Source: Dictyostelium discoideum
Lineage: Eukaryota
Length of the DNA: 64,000 nt
Assembly (NCBI GenBank): GCA_000004695.1
Contig: CM000151.3
Location: 2,368,001-2,432,000, forward strand
Direction: 5' to 3'
The translations under genes and the position numbers were made by a program. Positions within the stretch are counted from its first letter, which is position 1. Every line of letters begins with the position of its first letter. The notes under the pieces were generated by a model. That model did no database searches. It saw nothing but the letters and a program-made list of their open reading frames with translations, and was not told where the DNA came from. Shown here in pieces: positions 31,276-43,800 of this stretch.

Positions 31276-31443
31276 GTATGGTATATATTAGATTATATGT
31301 AAAGTTGATAATAAAATAAAATAAAATAAAATATAATAAAATATCTTACATTTCTTCATTGTGACCCAAACAGTTCCTTTTTTTGATGTAGTTTGATATA
31401 ATTTGTTTAATGCTGAAAGGAATGCGTCGTTATCTAATAACAT
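30894..31443 (-). CDS. srp14: Signal recognition particle 14 kDa protein (SRP14), 119 aa. Exons (minus strand): 31443..31350, 31159..30894.
   Basis: Exon 1: MLLDNDAFLSALNKLYQTTSKKGTVWVTMKK + T, then GTAAGA. Exon 2 after GATTCAG: YSNFSRKKAERIKESEEEENKCLVRATNGKKKISTIVLAKDKSMFEKNYKNVLLINLDNLKVEKKKPTPTTTPSSSTTAKTAAKKTKV*. This matches human SRP14 (VYITLKKYDG...ADNKCLLRATDGKKKISTVVSSKEVNKFQMAYSNLLRANMDGLKKRDKK). The 190-nt intron contains a (GT)n tract. Confidence 0.75.
31203..31274. repeat. (GT)n/(CA)n dinucleotide microsatellite, about 36 units, inside the srp14 intron.
   Basis: Direct reading. Confidence 0.9.
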
Positions 31444-31716
31444 TCTATATTGTTATATTATTAATTATGTTTATTTTTATTTTTTAATTTGAATATGTAC
31501 AGCGATTTTTTAATTTTTTAATTTTTTTTTTTTTTTTTCAAAATCACAAATTTAAAATTTTCATGAAAATTTTTATTTTTATTTTTTAATTTTTTTTTTT
31601 TTTAATTTTTTAATTTTTTTTTTTTTTTTGATGACCAAAGACACAACTCTTTTTTTAGTCACTGACTTTTTTTTTATTTATTTTTAGAAATTAATATATA
31701 TGTTTATTTATAAAAT

Positions 31717-31767
<51 letters not shown>

Positions 31768-31831
31768 TGTGATGTTCAATTCTCAAATGGGATAACAAAA
31801 ATCTAATAAAAATTCACAAATTAAAGACTCA

Positions 31832-31836
<5 letters not shown>

Positions 31837-31919
<83 letters not shown>
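31837..31919. repeat. (ATT)n microsatellite, about 28 units, in the spacer between srp14 and family gene A.
   Basis: Direct reading. Confidence 0.9.
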
Positions 31920-31921
<2 letters not shown>

Positions 31922-32264
31922 CTATTTACCATAATTCATTTATTCTTTGTTAATATCATTTTTTGTCATTTTTTTTGATTGTAACACCAATCCAATACAA
32001 TCCAACATTCAAACACACAGATCAGTTTTTTTTGGTTTTTGGATTTTTGTTGATAAAAATTTATTTTTTTTTTAATTTTTTTTTTTCTGATTGGCCCAGG
32101 CTGTTCGGTATCGAAAAATTATTAAGATATTTTTAGATATGTTTTTTTTTTTAAAAAAAAACTGAGAAGAAAAATTTTTTTTTTTTTTTTTTTGATTGCA
32201 ATTGCAGTTGTGAATTTTTTTTTTCTTCTTTTTTTATTTATTCATATTAAATATAAAAAAAAAA

Positions 32265-32682
32265 ATGATCAGAAAACGAATACTATTATTAATTCTAATA
32301 ATAATAGTAATATTACAAATTTTTAGGGTTGAAGGAAATCCAGCAATTCAAATTTATGATGTTTCTAGTGAAGAATACTCATATAATAAATATCCAACAA
32401 ATACAAATGACAAATATTGTAATTTTTTTTTCTTAATATTTGTAACCGATACTTCAGATACTGGAGTTCAATTAAAAATAAAAACCAACGATTCAGACGC
32501 AACAATTTCAACACCAGCATTTAAAAATATTTCAAGTCAAGTTCTTCCAATTTATGTAAATACTAAATCACCAAATGATTATTCATTATTAATTACGGCA
32601 GAATATGATAATGATACATCAATTTATAGTAGTATTATAATTAATTATTCTTGTCAATGTTTGTATTGATTATTTTTTTAAG

Positions 32683-32741
<59 letters not shown>

Positions 32742-35700
32742 AAATAAATAATTAATTAAATAATTAAATAAATTAAATAGATATTCCACGAGAATCAATG
32801 AAAATAAATTTATATCATACTGGTAAATATAAGCATCCAATTTACCCATTTTCAACAATAATGTACATTACAGGATTAAAATACCCATTGGGTCAATTAC
32901 AAGTTGACAAACCGTATAATGTAAAAGTTGATAATATAAGGCCATTTGTCTATCATATTGGTGACGAATTTAATGGATTTATTAAACCAGATTTTAATAT
33001 ATCACTATGGTTCATGGATAGTTCAAATAATACTTATTCATTAAATTATACAATTCCAAGTTTAATTTATTCAAGTAAGTAATTATTGTTATTATTATTA
33101 TTGTTTTTATTATTATTATTATTTTAAAAATTAATATATTAAATTATAATTTTAAAAATTCAGATTCAAATGTAAAAGAAAAGGATATTACATTTAAAAT
33201 TTATCCTAATCAAACAAATGTTATAGAATTTGGATTTATTTGTCCACCAATTTATTCTATTACATTAAATGAAACAATTGGATTAAGCGACCCATTGTTT
33301 ATTAATGAAAATATAGGTTTAAATCCATGGGCATCTTATGAAATGCCAGGAAAAGGTACAACATTCCTTGGTCAAGTTTCTTCCGATTATTCAATTGGTG
33401 CTCAAATTAATGGCACCTTAACTACAATTTATTATCAATTTTTAAAGGTCTCATGTAAGTTTATTATTATTATTATTATTTTTTTTTATTATTGTTTATT
33501 TTTATTATTTTAAAAAATCATTTTTGTTAATAATTTTAATAATATTATTATTATTGTTTTTTAAATATATAGATAATATTGATAGAAAATTTCCATCTTT
33601 TCAAATTGATTATTCACCACCATTACCTTCACTTTCATCAATATTTTCAATTAAATTTAATTCAACTAAAAAATTTGATTTATTCAATTATTCAATTAGA
33701 TGGTTTGAAAGTTTTTCAAATAGTTATAAATGGCCTTTTGGTTTCGAAAGTGGTCATAATTCAAATTATTCATTCAAGTCATCATTTCTACAATCTGAAA
33801 TCTCTGTAAATCCCTACAACTCACTTTATTTCAATCAAGATCATTCTTTAACGCAAATTAGTAATCAACAAGGTAATTGTTTTTTTTTATTTTTTATTAT
33901 TATTTAATAAAATTATTATATTAATTAAAATAATTTTATTATAAATAATAGTTGTGGATATAAATACATTACCAATATTAGAATTAGAATCATTTAATTC
34001 TACTCATTTATATAATCAAGTTTATTTATTTAAGATTAAAATAAAACCAATTTATCAAAGTAAAGGGTACAGTACTTTTATTAAAATTAATGATAATGTT
34101 AATCAAGTATTAAGATATGACTCAATGCCTGATATCGAAAACAATATATATGAAACTGTTTTAAATTTTCATGAAGGTATATTAAATAGTTTAAATATTG
34201 GTGATTCTTATTCAAGACAATCTCAATTTTATAATCCATTTCAATATTATTCAATTGATCCACTTTTAAAACTTGATTTTAAATATTCTGATATGATTTC
34301 AGTTTTAATTGGTAATGTAACTTATTTAATAAATAACATTGATGTAACAAATAAATCAGTTGATAATATAATTTATTTCAATTATAATGGTACTCAAGAA
34401 CCTAAAGATGATACAATTAATTTCTCATTTTTAATTTTATCTCATGAGTTTAAAGTAACTGGAGTCGTAGATTATGATAATATTACAACTTCAATTTGGA
34501 ATTCAACAATTTCAAAATATCAAATTAAATTTACAGTTCCTGCAAATACTAGACCTGGTCCACTTGGTTTTGCTTTACTTTGTGGTTATTCAAGTTCATT
34601 AATAAGTGATTTCTTACCTTTATCTTCTCAATTAATTATTGAATCTAAACATTTCGATGAATATGGACCAATATTTAGTAATATTGAAAAAGTTAATTCA
34701 ACAAATGAATTTGGTTGGAAATTTACAATAGATGATCCAATTAATGGTTTTGATTATGCTGATATTATAGTTAGAGGTGAAATGGATAGTTCAACTTATA
34801 AATTCCATTTAACAACTCAAAATTTAACAAGAGGTGATAAATTTAATGGTGATTATCAAATTAATATAACTTTACCAAGTAAATGTGCATCTCAAAATTA
34901 TATTATCACACAAGTTAAATTATATGATACTCAAGGTTATTTAGGTGAATTTTCAGTATCCAGTGGATTTAATGGTATTAGAAATGTATTTATAAATTAT
35001 TTATCAGATCCAACAATAAATAAAGTATATAAAACATGTAGTGGTGAAAATGATGGTATCGATAGTTCACCACCAATTTTAACTTCATTCATACCAATAT
35101 TAAAACAAAATAGTGATGGTACTCAATACTTATCATTCAACTTTGAAGCAGTAGATATTGAAAGTGGTTTAAAAGATAAACAATATCCAATTGTTTATAT
35201 CCAAACAACAGATTTAAGAACACTTGAATGTGTATCATCTATTATTTCAATAAATGAAACAACTTCAACCTATAAATGCACTATCAATTTACCAAATGGA
35301 TTCGGATACAATTCAGATATTATTTTCAGTGTTTATGGATTCATTAATAATGGCGGTTATTATAGCGGATATTCAAGCGAATCACTAAATAGTTTATCTT
35401 TTATATATTCAATGAGCGATATATCCATAAACAAAGTAATACAAATTAATACCTGTAGCAAATTTGTATCTGGTGATAGCGAGTTATGGATAACAGGTAG
35501 AGGTTTCAATTCAACAAAACAACAAGTATATGTAAAATATTTTGGAGAACCTGGATTTAATCAAATAATAGTACCAAATAAAGTTTATTGGAGTGCAATG
35601 TTTATTAAAAATATTAAACCAACTGATAAACCATTCATTATCAAAGTTTCGGACTATCCACTCACATCAAATGAATTCACTGTTATTCCTATAGTTTATA

Positions 35701-36860
35701 ATTTTACGATTCCCTTAACACCAACAGAAACACCAACAGAAACACCAACAGAAACACCAACAGAGACACCAACACAAACACCAATACCTACATCATCACC
35801 AATACCAACGAATAAACCACAAACATGTTTAGGTGAACCAGTATGTGGTGGATCAAAACAAGGTTTTTGTTCATCAAGTGGATGTATTTGTTATCCACCT
35901 TGGATTGGTAATGATTGTAATTCACAAGTTATAATTATACCACAACCATCAACAAATACATCACAACCATCAACTGAATTACCAATTATAGAAAACAATA
36001 ATCAAACATCAAATAGTACAAATTATTTATTCAAATCATTGATTTCAATTGTATCATTAAGAGAATTAGATTTTAATTCAAATCAAGTTAATTTATATAC
36101 ATTTGATAAATGGATTTATACACCAATTAATAATATTAAAAGTCAATACTTTACAAGTATTCAAAGTGGTGATACAAAATCAACAAATACATTAACAACT
36201 AATATTACTGTAACTTTAGAATGGTTCAATCAAACGACAATCATTCAATTTGCAAATAATAATATAACAATGAATCCATCAAGTATTAAATATACAATTG
36301 AAATTACAGAATATAAATTTTTAAATCAATTAAATAGTCTTCAACTTGTAATGTCAGCATTATTCGAATCATCAAATTCCAAAGATACTTGTTCATTAAA
36401 AGAATTTGGAGATACAAGTGATGGTGATAATTCAAACTTCTTTAAAATTCAAATTGATGACCATTCACTTTATGGTAGATTCATTAAAAGAGCAATCATC
36501 GATTCAAAAGTATCTTCAATTGAAAATCAATTATTAGATTCAAAAATGAACTCAATTCAAACATCATCAGTATCACAATCATTCATTGGTATTACAATAC
36601 CAAATTATAAACAATCAATAATTATTGATCCAGACTTTTCAGTATTAGTAGATAGTAAACCAGTATCAAATAATGATAATAATTCAATTTGTACATCAAA
36701 TAAATCAAAACTAACAAGTGCTCAACTCGCTGGTATTATTATTGGTTCCGTTGCTTTTGCCACTGTAGTTATTGTATCAGTTGTTTACTTGGTCGTGAAA
36801 AACAGAAAATCAGATTTATTCCAAAGAAAAGTACAAAACAAATTACAAAAAATGAACTGA
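32265..36860 (+). CDS. Type I membrane glycoprotein family, copy A, about 1395 aa. It has a signal peptide, a large N-glycosylated ectodomain, a (TETP)n mucin-like hinge, an EGF-like Cys knot, a stalk, a TM helix and a short basic tail. Exons: 32265..32658, 32781..33074, 33164..33454, 33573..33872, 33952..36860.
   Basis: E1: MIRKRILLLILIIIVILQIFRVEG...NYSCQ + T, then a GTTTGT donor. E2 after AAATAG: YIPRESMKINLYHTGKYKHPIYPFSTIMYITGLKYP...LIYSS + A, then GTAAGT. E3 after AAATTCAG: NSNVKEKDITFKIYPNQTNV...EMPGKGTTFLGQ...KVSC + T, then GTAAGT. E4 after ATATATAG: YNIDRKFPSF...YKWPFGFESGHNSNYSFK...NQQG, then GTAATT. E5 after AATAATAG: VVDINTLPILELESFN...TPTETPTETPTETPTETPTQTPIPTSSPIPTNKPQTCLGEPVCGGSKQGFCSSSGCICYPPWIGNDCNS...LAGIIIGSVAFATVVIVSVVYLVVKNRKSDLFQRKVQNKLQKMN*. 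All exons are phase 1. There are many N-x-S/T sequons. Confidence 0.75.
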
Positions 36861-37346
36861 TCAGTTAATTTAATTCAAATATTCTAATTAAAAATCTTGG
36901 AAAATAAAAATTATTATTTTTTTTATTAATTTTTAAAAATTTCTTTATGCATTTACTTATTATTTATTTGTCTTTTCTTATGTATATGTAAAAAAAAAAA
37001 TTTCTACTGTAGTGGTTCAACAAAAAAAAAATTAAAAACAAATTAATTAGGTTTACCCACACATTTATTATTTATTTGAAATTATTAAAATTTTTCCAAT
37101 ATTTAAAAATGATGATGTTTAAATTTTTTTATTTTTATTGTTGTTGAAGTGTTAATAAATATTAAACCATTCCTAATGTCATAGTGTATAGATAGATTTA
37201 TATTCTCTCCAATCTTTGGCACAGGATCGTTTGGTAGGTTTATCAGGTTTAATAGTTTTAACAGTTCAACATGTTTAACAGACTGGAAATAAAAAATCTT
37301 CCAATTGAAATTTATTTATTTTATTTTATTTTATTTTATTTTGTTT

Positions 37347-39060
37347 TTATTCATTAAGTTTCATTTCATATAATTTAGCAATATCATCTTCATAATCAGA
37401 AGCTTTTTCAGCAGATTTTTCACAATTAACTTCATTTACATCTTCACCCTTTGAATTTTTAGGTTCAATTTGTTGAACCACTTGAGTCAACTCATCAAAT
37501 TCATCGCTGATTGTTGAGTAACCTTCAACAAATTCTCGTTCACAAGAATTGGAATCATCGAGTAAATTATCAAAGAATTGACCATCGATAAAAGTGTTGA
37601 AAAGTTTTAAACAGTTTGTTTCTTTGGTATGTTTTTTGACAATATTTAATATTTTGGCAATGCCCTCCAAATAGTAATAAAAAGAATTTTTTCGAGCTTT
37701 AGATGCTGAATAATTCTGTTTCAAACATTCAAGACAATCGTTCTGTATTAAGTAAGGCAATTGCAGAGTTGAGAGTATAATTGATTTAATGTCAACTAGT
37801 AATGATGTTGATCTTTTAGAACAAAACATTTGGACATTAGGTAATATCACTGGTGATTCATTCCAAAATAGAGATAGTGTACTCAATTAAGGTATAGTAT
37901 TACATTTGATAGAAATATTGAAAACTCATTCAAAGAAATCACTAGTTTCAAATGTAGCTTGGGTCATTAAAAATCTATGTCGTGGTGTACCACGTACTGA
38001 ATTTAGACTCGTTAAGCCACTATTACCATCAATAAAGAGTTGCTCTTAACTTGGCATAAAGAAGCTGATGTCATATCAGAAGCATTGTGGGCATTATCAT
38101 GCTTGACCGAATCAACCAATGAAGAGCATGAGATCTTTGACAATATTATATCTATGGGATTGGTTGAGGTTATCATTGAAATCATTTTCGAATCAGATCA
38201 AAAAGATTGTATTAAATACGGATTCAATACAATTGGTAATATGCTTTCAGGTTTCTATGACGTTATAGAGTATTTGTTACAATGTAATGTATTGAAAGTG
38301 TTTCCTAAAATCTTATCATCACCATCAGAAGCATTGGTGACGTGAGGTTATTATTTTTTATTATATATTACCAATGGTCCAACAGATCAAGTCCAAAGAG
38401 TCATAGACGAATGTTTGCTTAAAAGAGCTATTGAAACCGGTAAAAACTCATCGATCAATTTAAGAACAAAACTTGAAGCCACCTGCGCTATTGCTAAGGC
38501 TATCTGTGGTGCCTCAACTCTGCAATTGCCTTACTTAATACAGAATTATGAATTTCATTCCCTACAATATAATTTGTATGTTTTGAAGATCCTGATGCAA
38601 CATTTGTTAATGCCCATGATGCTTCGTATTGAATTGAAGTATCTGTTTCATCAACTAAATATCTATGTAAAATTAGTACTAACCCTGAACTAATAACTCT
38701 ATCAATTTGTGGATTATTATCTTTTTTTTATAATAAATAATAAAAAAAAAAAAAAAAAAGTCATTTAAAAAAAAAAAGTCAATTTAAAAAAAAAAAAGTC
38801 AATTAAAAAAAAAAAAAAATAAAAATAAAAAACTTACCATCAGATAAAATTTCTCTAACACATTTAACTGCTTCATATCTTTCTTGTCTATTTGGTGATG
38901 AAATATTTTTAAAAATTAAATAAAATTTATCATTTTGAGTATATATATATAATTAATAAAAATTAATTATTTAAACAAATTGAAAAAATAAAAAAATAAA
39001 AAAAACTTACTAAGGTATTTTGATGTAATGATTCATCGATATGGTGTATGTGTCAAAATA
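37347..39060 (-). pseudogene. Importin-alpha (karyopherin alpha, armadillo-repeat) paralogue, disrupted. The N-terminal exons and ARM1-2 are on the minus strand (39060..38540). A 733-bp internal block (37774..38506) is inverted, so its ARM3-9 code sits on the plus strand and carries nonsense and frameshift lesions. The C-terminal region is on the minus strand (37740..37347).
   Basis: Minus strand 38900-38540: NISSPNRQERYEAVKCVREILSD | NPQIDRVISSGLVLILHRYLVDETDTSIQYEASWALTNVASGSS (compare importin-alpha PPIDxVIQAGVVPRFVEFL...LQFEAAWALTNIASGTS). Plus strand 37774-38506: SIIDLMSTSNDVDLLEQNIWTLGNITGDSFQNRDSVLN*GIV...LVSNVAWVIKNLCRGVPRTEF...DVISEALWALSCLTESTNEEHEIF...IKYGFNTIGNMLSG...ITNGPTDQVQRVIDECLLKRAIETGKNSSINLRTKLEATCAIAKAICGAS. 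These are ARM signatures (NLCRG, ACWALSYL, RAIGNI) with TAA and TGA stops and a 1-nt deletion. Perfect 33-bp inverted duplications lie at 37741-37773 and 38507-38539 (TTCTGTATTAAGTAAGGCAATTGCAGAGTTGAG and its reverse complement). Confidence 0.5.
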
Positions 39061-39169
39061 TTTTTAAAATTATGGATTTAAAAAAAAAAAAAAAAAAAAT
39101 TATTTGAAAATATTTTTTTTTTTTTTTAAATATTAAATTTTTTATTTTTAAATCTTAATAGGAGTTGAT

Positions 39170-39490
39170 AATATAATTTATTTCAATTATAATGATACTC
39201 AGGCCACAGTGATCTTCAGCTACATTCTCACTTTTTATTTTAAATAGTAGTAATACAGATATGATCTAATATATATTTCAATAGTTTCAAAAAATCAAAT
39301 TAAATTTACAGTTCTTACAAATACTAGACCTGATCCACTCAGTTTCTTTTTAATTAGTACTTATCAATCTTCAATAACAAATGATATGTTTCCTTTATCA
39401 TCACAACTATTAATTGTTTCTAAACATTTCAATGAATATGGACCAATATTGACTATGGCGGTTATTATAGCGGATATTCAAGCGAATCAC
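39170..39490 (+). pseudogene. Fragment of a family ectodomain exon (E5), 5'- and 3'-truncated, with an internal deletion of about 690 bp.
   Basis: 39170-39420 matches B 42880-43165 (VDNIIYFNYN..T...KYQIKFTVLTNTRPDPLSFFLISTYQSSITNDMFPLSSQLLIVSKHFNEYGPI) with substitutions. At 39445 it jumps directly to the B 43862-43900 equivalent (GGYYSGYSSESL), then stops in TAA. There are no flanking exons. Confidence 0.5.
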
Positions 39491-39977
39491 TTATAAAGGA
39501 AATTCCTTTATATAACAAAGGAAAATAATAATGAAAAAAAAGATATTAATATTTAAAATTAATTTAATATTTTTTATCATTTTTATTATAATATCAACAA
39601 ATAATTTTATTTTATTATTCTCTGTGTATTGGTGATTTTTTTTTTTTTTTTTTTTTTTTATAAATTAAAATTCATTGTTCCATAATTTAAATTAAATAAA
39701 GAAATTTATTGTGCATTTTAAAATTAAAATAAATAAACATATTTATTATTTTTTATTGTTTATTGTTTATTGTTTATTACTTTAAAATTAAAATTCTTTA
39801 TTTGATAATATAAATATAACTACTTTACATTTAAATAAACCTATTGATTGATTTTTGTTTAATCCTTTAAATTAAAACTCTTTATTTGGTAATTTAATTA
39901 AAAATGAATAACTGCTTTATATTTTTTTATATTATATTATTTTTTTTTTTAAATTTTTTTATTTTTTTTCTTTGTTT

Positions 39978-40011
<34 letters not shown>

Positions 40012-40532
40012 TTTTTTAAAAAATATATTTTACTAAAATTTTTCAAAATTAATTATTAAAAAAAGGCACAATAGAAAATTCAATAACCAAAATTTTTTTT
40101 TTTGATTTTTTTTATTATATTTTTTTATTTTTTTATTTGGCTAAATTATTACTAAACAAAAAATGGTATACATTTGTAGAGGTTGTAATCAACCTAAAAA
40201 AGAACAATGTCAATGCAAACAACTACTAGCAACATTAGGAACACAACAAAAACTAATACAAGCACAACAACAACTAATACAACAACAAAATCCAAACACA
40301 AATCATATTATGCCAAGTCTTCAATCTGATGAATTCACAACTAATACAACAAAATCCAAACACAAGTCATATTATGCCAAGTCTTCAAGCTAATGGATTT
40401 ATAACAACTAAACAAGGTATTTTGGACTAAATAAACAAAATCTTCAACAAATAAAACATAAATGATTTTATTCCAGATCCAACTCTACCAAACAAATTTT
40501 ATGTTAGTATTAGAAATTAAATAAATTAAACA

Positions 40533-40580
<48 letters not shown>

Positions 40581-40809
40581 GTACCATTTATAATGTGTTT
40601 GTTGGGATCAAAAAAAAGAAATAAAAAATAAAAACAATGAAATTTTGTTGTGAGGTAGTCTTGAAATTCAAAAAATATTTTTTTTAATTTTTTTTTTAAA
40701 ATATCTTTTTATAAATATCTTTTTATAAATATCTTTATCAAATCGTAAAAAAAAAAATGGGGAACGTTTTTTTTTTTTTTTTTTTTATTTTTTTTTTTAA
40801 AAAAAAAAA

Positions 40810-43800
40810 ATGATAAAGAAAATTTTATTAATAATCCTAACATTGGTGATAATAAATAGCTTTTCAACAATAAATAATTTAATAATTGGGGTTGAAGGAC
40901 AGTTTCAATTGTATGATATTACAAATCAAGAAGAAGGTGCTTATAATAGATACCCAGATTCAACAAATCAAAAAATTTGTTCATATGTTTTTTCGATTGC
41001 AATAGTTGATTACTCGAATAGTGGGGCAACTTTGAATGTTTTCACCAATGATACAGATGCAATGGTCTATCAAATCATTAGGAAAGAATATGGAGGAATT
41101 GCCACAGTTATAGTTAAAAATAAAACACCAAATACTTATACATTATTAATAAATGCAACATTGCAAAATGGTCAAAATATTTATAAGAATATCTCAATAA
41201 CTTATTCTTGTGAATGTTTGTATATAAAATTTAAAATTAAAAAAACAAAAATAAATAATTAATTAATTTCAATACCAATTTTATATAGATATCCCTCGAG
41301 AATTGATGAAGGTCAATGTTTTAACAAGTAACAATTATAAATTTACAATTAATCCTTATACAACATTAATACACTTTACAGGTTTAAAATATCAAATATC
41401 TTATCTAAATGTTTCAAGTCCTTCTTGGATAAACATAAATAATTTTTATTCAAATTTATTATATGTTAGTGTAGATTTTAATAAATATAATTTTGTACCA
41501 GAGTCTAATATATCAATACTTTTCTTGGATAGTTCAGATCAACAATATACTGTGAATATTACAATTCCTTTTTTTTATTTTTCAAGTAAGTATAATAATT
41601 AAATTTAAAAAAAAAAAAATAAGATATTAAAATTATTATTATTATAAGAAATGAATGTAGAAGAAAAGGATATTACATTCAAGATCTATCCAAACCAAAC
41701 CGATGTTACAGTACTTGGAGTTAATTGTTCACCAGTTTACTCTATTACATTAAATGAAACCATTGAATATGATCCATTATTTATTGAAGATGTTTCACGT
41801 CGTATGCCTACTCCATCATATGAAATACCAGGAAAAGGTACAACATTCATTGGTTATGTTTATACACAATATTCTATTTTCGCACAAATTAATAACTCAT
41901 TAACAACAATTTATAGTAACCCAAATTTAAATGTTTCAAGTAAGTTTTTTAAAATTAAATTCAATTACTTTTTAATATATACATATATCAAAGATTAATT
42001 TCTATTGACATTATTTAAAAAAAAATGAATAGAAAACTTTAATTTTACATTTCCAAATGTCATTGTTGAACCAGTATCATTACCTTTAATATTAAACTCA
42101 ACAATGTTTTCATTTGGGTTCACTTCAAGTTTTCAGTATGCAATTTTTCCATTTTATTTTAGATGGAATTTAGGTTTTCAATATATCTTTAGTTGGCCAT
42201 TTGGGTTTGAAAGTGGTCAAAATTCAAACTATTCTTTAAAAGTATCATTTTTAAAACCCACGTATTCGCCAAACAATTTTGGTTTATTGACCTTTAATAA
42301 TGAAAATTTTATTATTCAAATAGACAATAGTAAGTATATATACATATAATCATTAATATTCTAATATACATATATAATCATTAATATTCTAAACTACTAC
42401 TGAATAACACACACACACACCCCACACACAAACAAGTACTAACATTAAAAAATATTTTTAAAAATAGCGATAAATTCATCATTACTACCATTAGAATTAG
42501 AATCATGTAAAGTTATATACCTTTTTGAACAATTTCATTTATTAATAATTAAAATAAAACCAACATATAAAGAGATTGGTTATAATCTTTTCATTCAAAT
42601 TAATGATGATGCAAATGCAATATATAGACAAGAATCATTGGTAGATGCTGAAAATAATATATATGAAATTGTTTATGATTTTAAAGGGCGTGGATTTTCA
42701 GTTTTATCTATTGGAGATTCAACTTTTAAAAAGAGTCAAGTTTATTATGTAAATAGTTATTTTTCAATTAATCCATTTTCAGTTATAGATTATAAAGCTC
42801 CAACAATATTACCTGTTTTAATAGAAAATATTACATTTTTAAAAAATTATATTGATGTGGCAAATAAATCAGTTGATAATATAATTTATTTCAATTATAA
42901 TGGTACTCAAGCCCATAGTGATCCTTCAGCTTCATTCTCACTTTTTATTTTAAATAGTAATACCACAGAATCTAATATAGTTTTCGATAGTTTAAAGTTT
43001 GCAACTTGGAATTCAACAATTTCAAAATATCAAATTAAATTTACAGTTCTTGCAAACACTAGACCTGGTCCACTCAGTTTCTTTTTAATGTGTGGTTATC
43101 AATCTTCAATAACAAATGATATGTTTCCTTTATCATCACAACTATTTATTGTTTCTAAACATTTCGATGCGTATGGACCAATATTTAGTAATATTGAAAA
43201 AATTAATTCACCAAATGAATTTGGTTGGAAATTTACAATAGATGATCCAATTAATGGTTTTGATTATGGTGATATTATAGTGAGAGGTGAAATGGATAGT
43301 TCAACTTATAAATTCCATTTAACAACTCAAAATTTAACAAGAGGTGATAAATTTAATGGTGATTATCAAATTAATATAACTTTACCAAGTAAATGTGCAT
43401 CTCAAAATTATATTATCACACAAGTTAAATTATATGATACTCAAGGCTTTTCAGGTGAATTTTATGTAGTTGGTGAAATGGATGGTATTAAAAATGTATT
43501 TATAAATTATTTATCAGATCCAACAATAAATAAAGTATATAAAACATGTAGTGGTGAAAATGATGGTATCGATAGTTCACCACCAATTTTAACTTCATTC
43601 ATACCAATATTAAAACAAAATAGTGATGGTACTCAATACTTATCATTCAACTTTGAAGCAGTAGATATTGAAAGTGGTTTAAAAGATAAACAATATCCAG
43701 TTGTTTATATTGAAACAATAGAAGTACAAACACTTGAATGTGTATCATCTATTATTTCAATAAACGAAACAGCTGCAACCTATACATGTACTATCGATTT

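Noticed and set aside
37347-37886. 179-aa minus-strand ORF MSTLSLFWNESPVILPNVQMFCSKRSTSLLVDIKSIILSTLQLPYLIQNDCLECL...
   Set aside because: It is not an independent gene. Its 5' third is antisense to the inverted ARM block, and its 3' two-thirds are the C-terminal remnant of the importin-alpha pseudogene (see the finding on the inversion).
40163-40393. 76-aa ORF MVYICRGCNQPKKEQCQCKQ... containing a roughly 57-bp internal direct repeat (AATCCAAACACAA(A/G)TCATATTATGCCAAGTCTTCAA x2).
   Set aside because: It has no recognisable domain and the repeat suggests local slippage in spacer DNA. It could be a real small gene, but I see no support.
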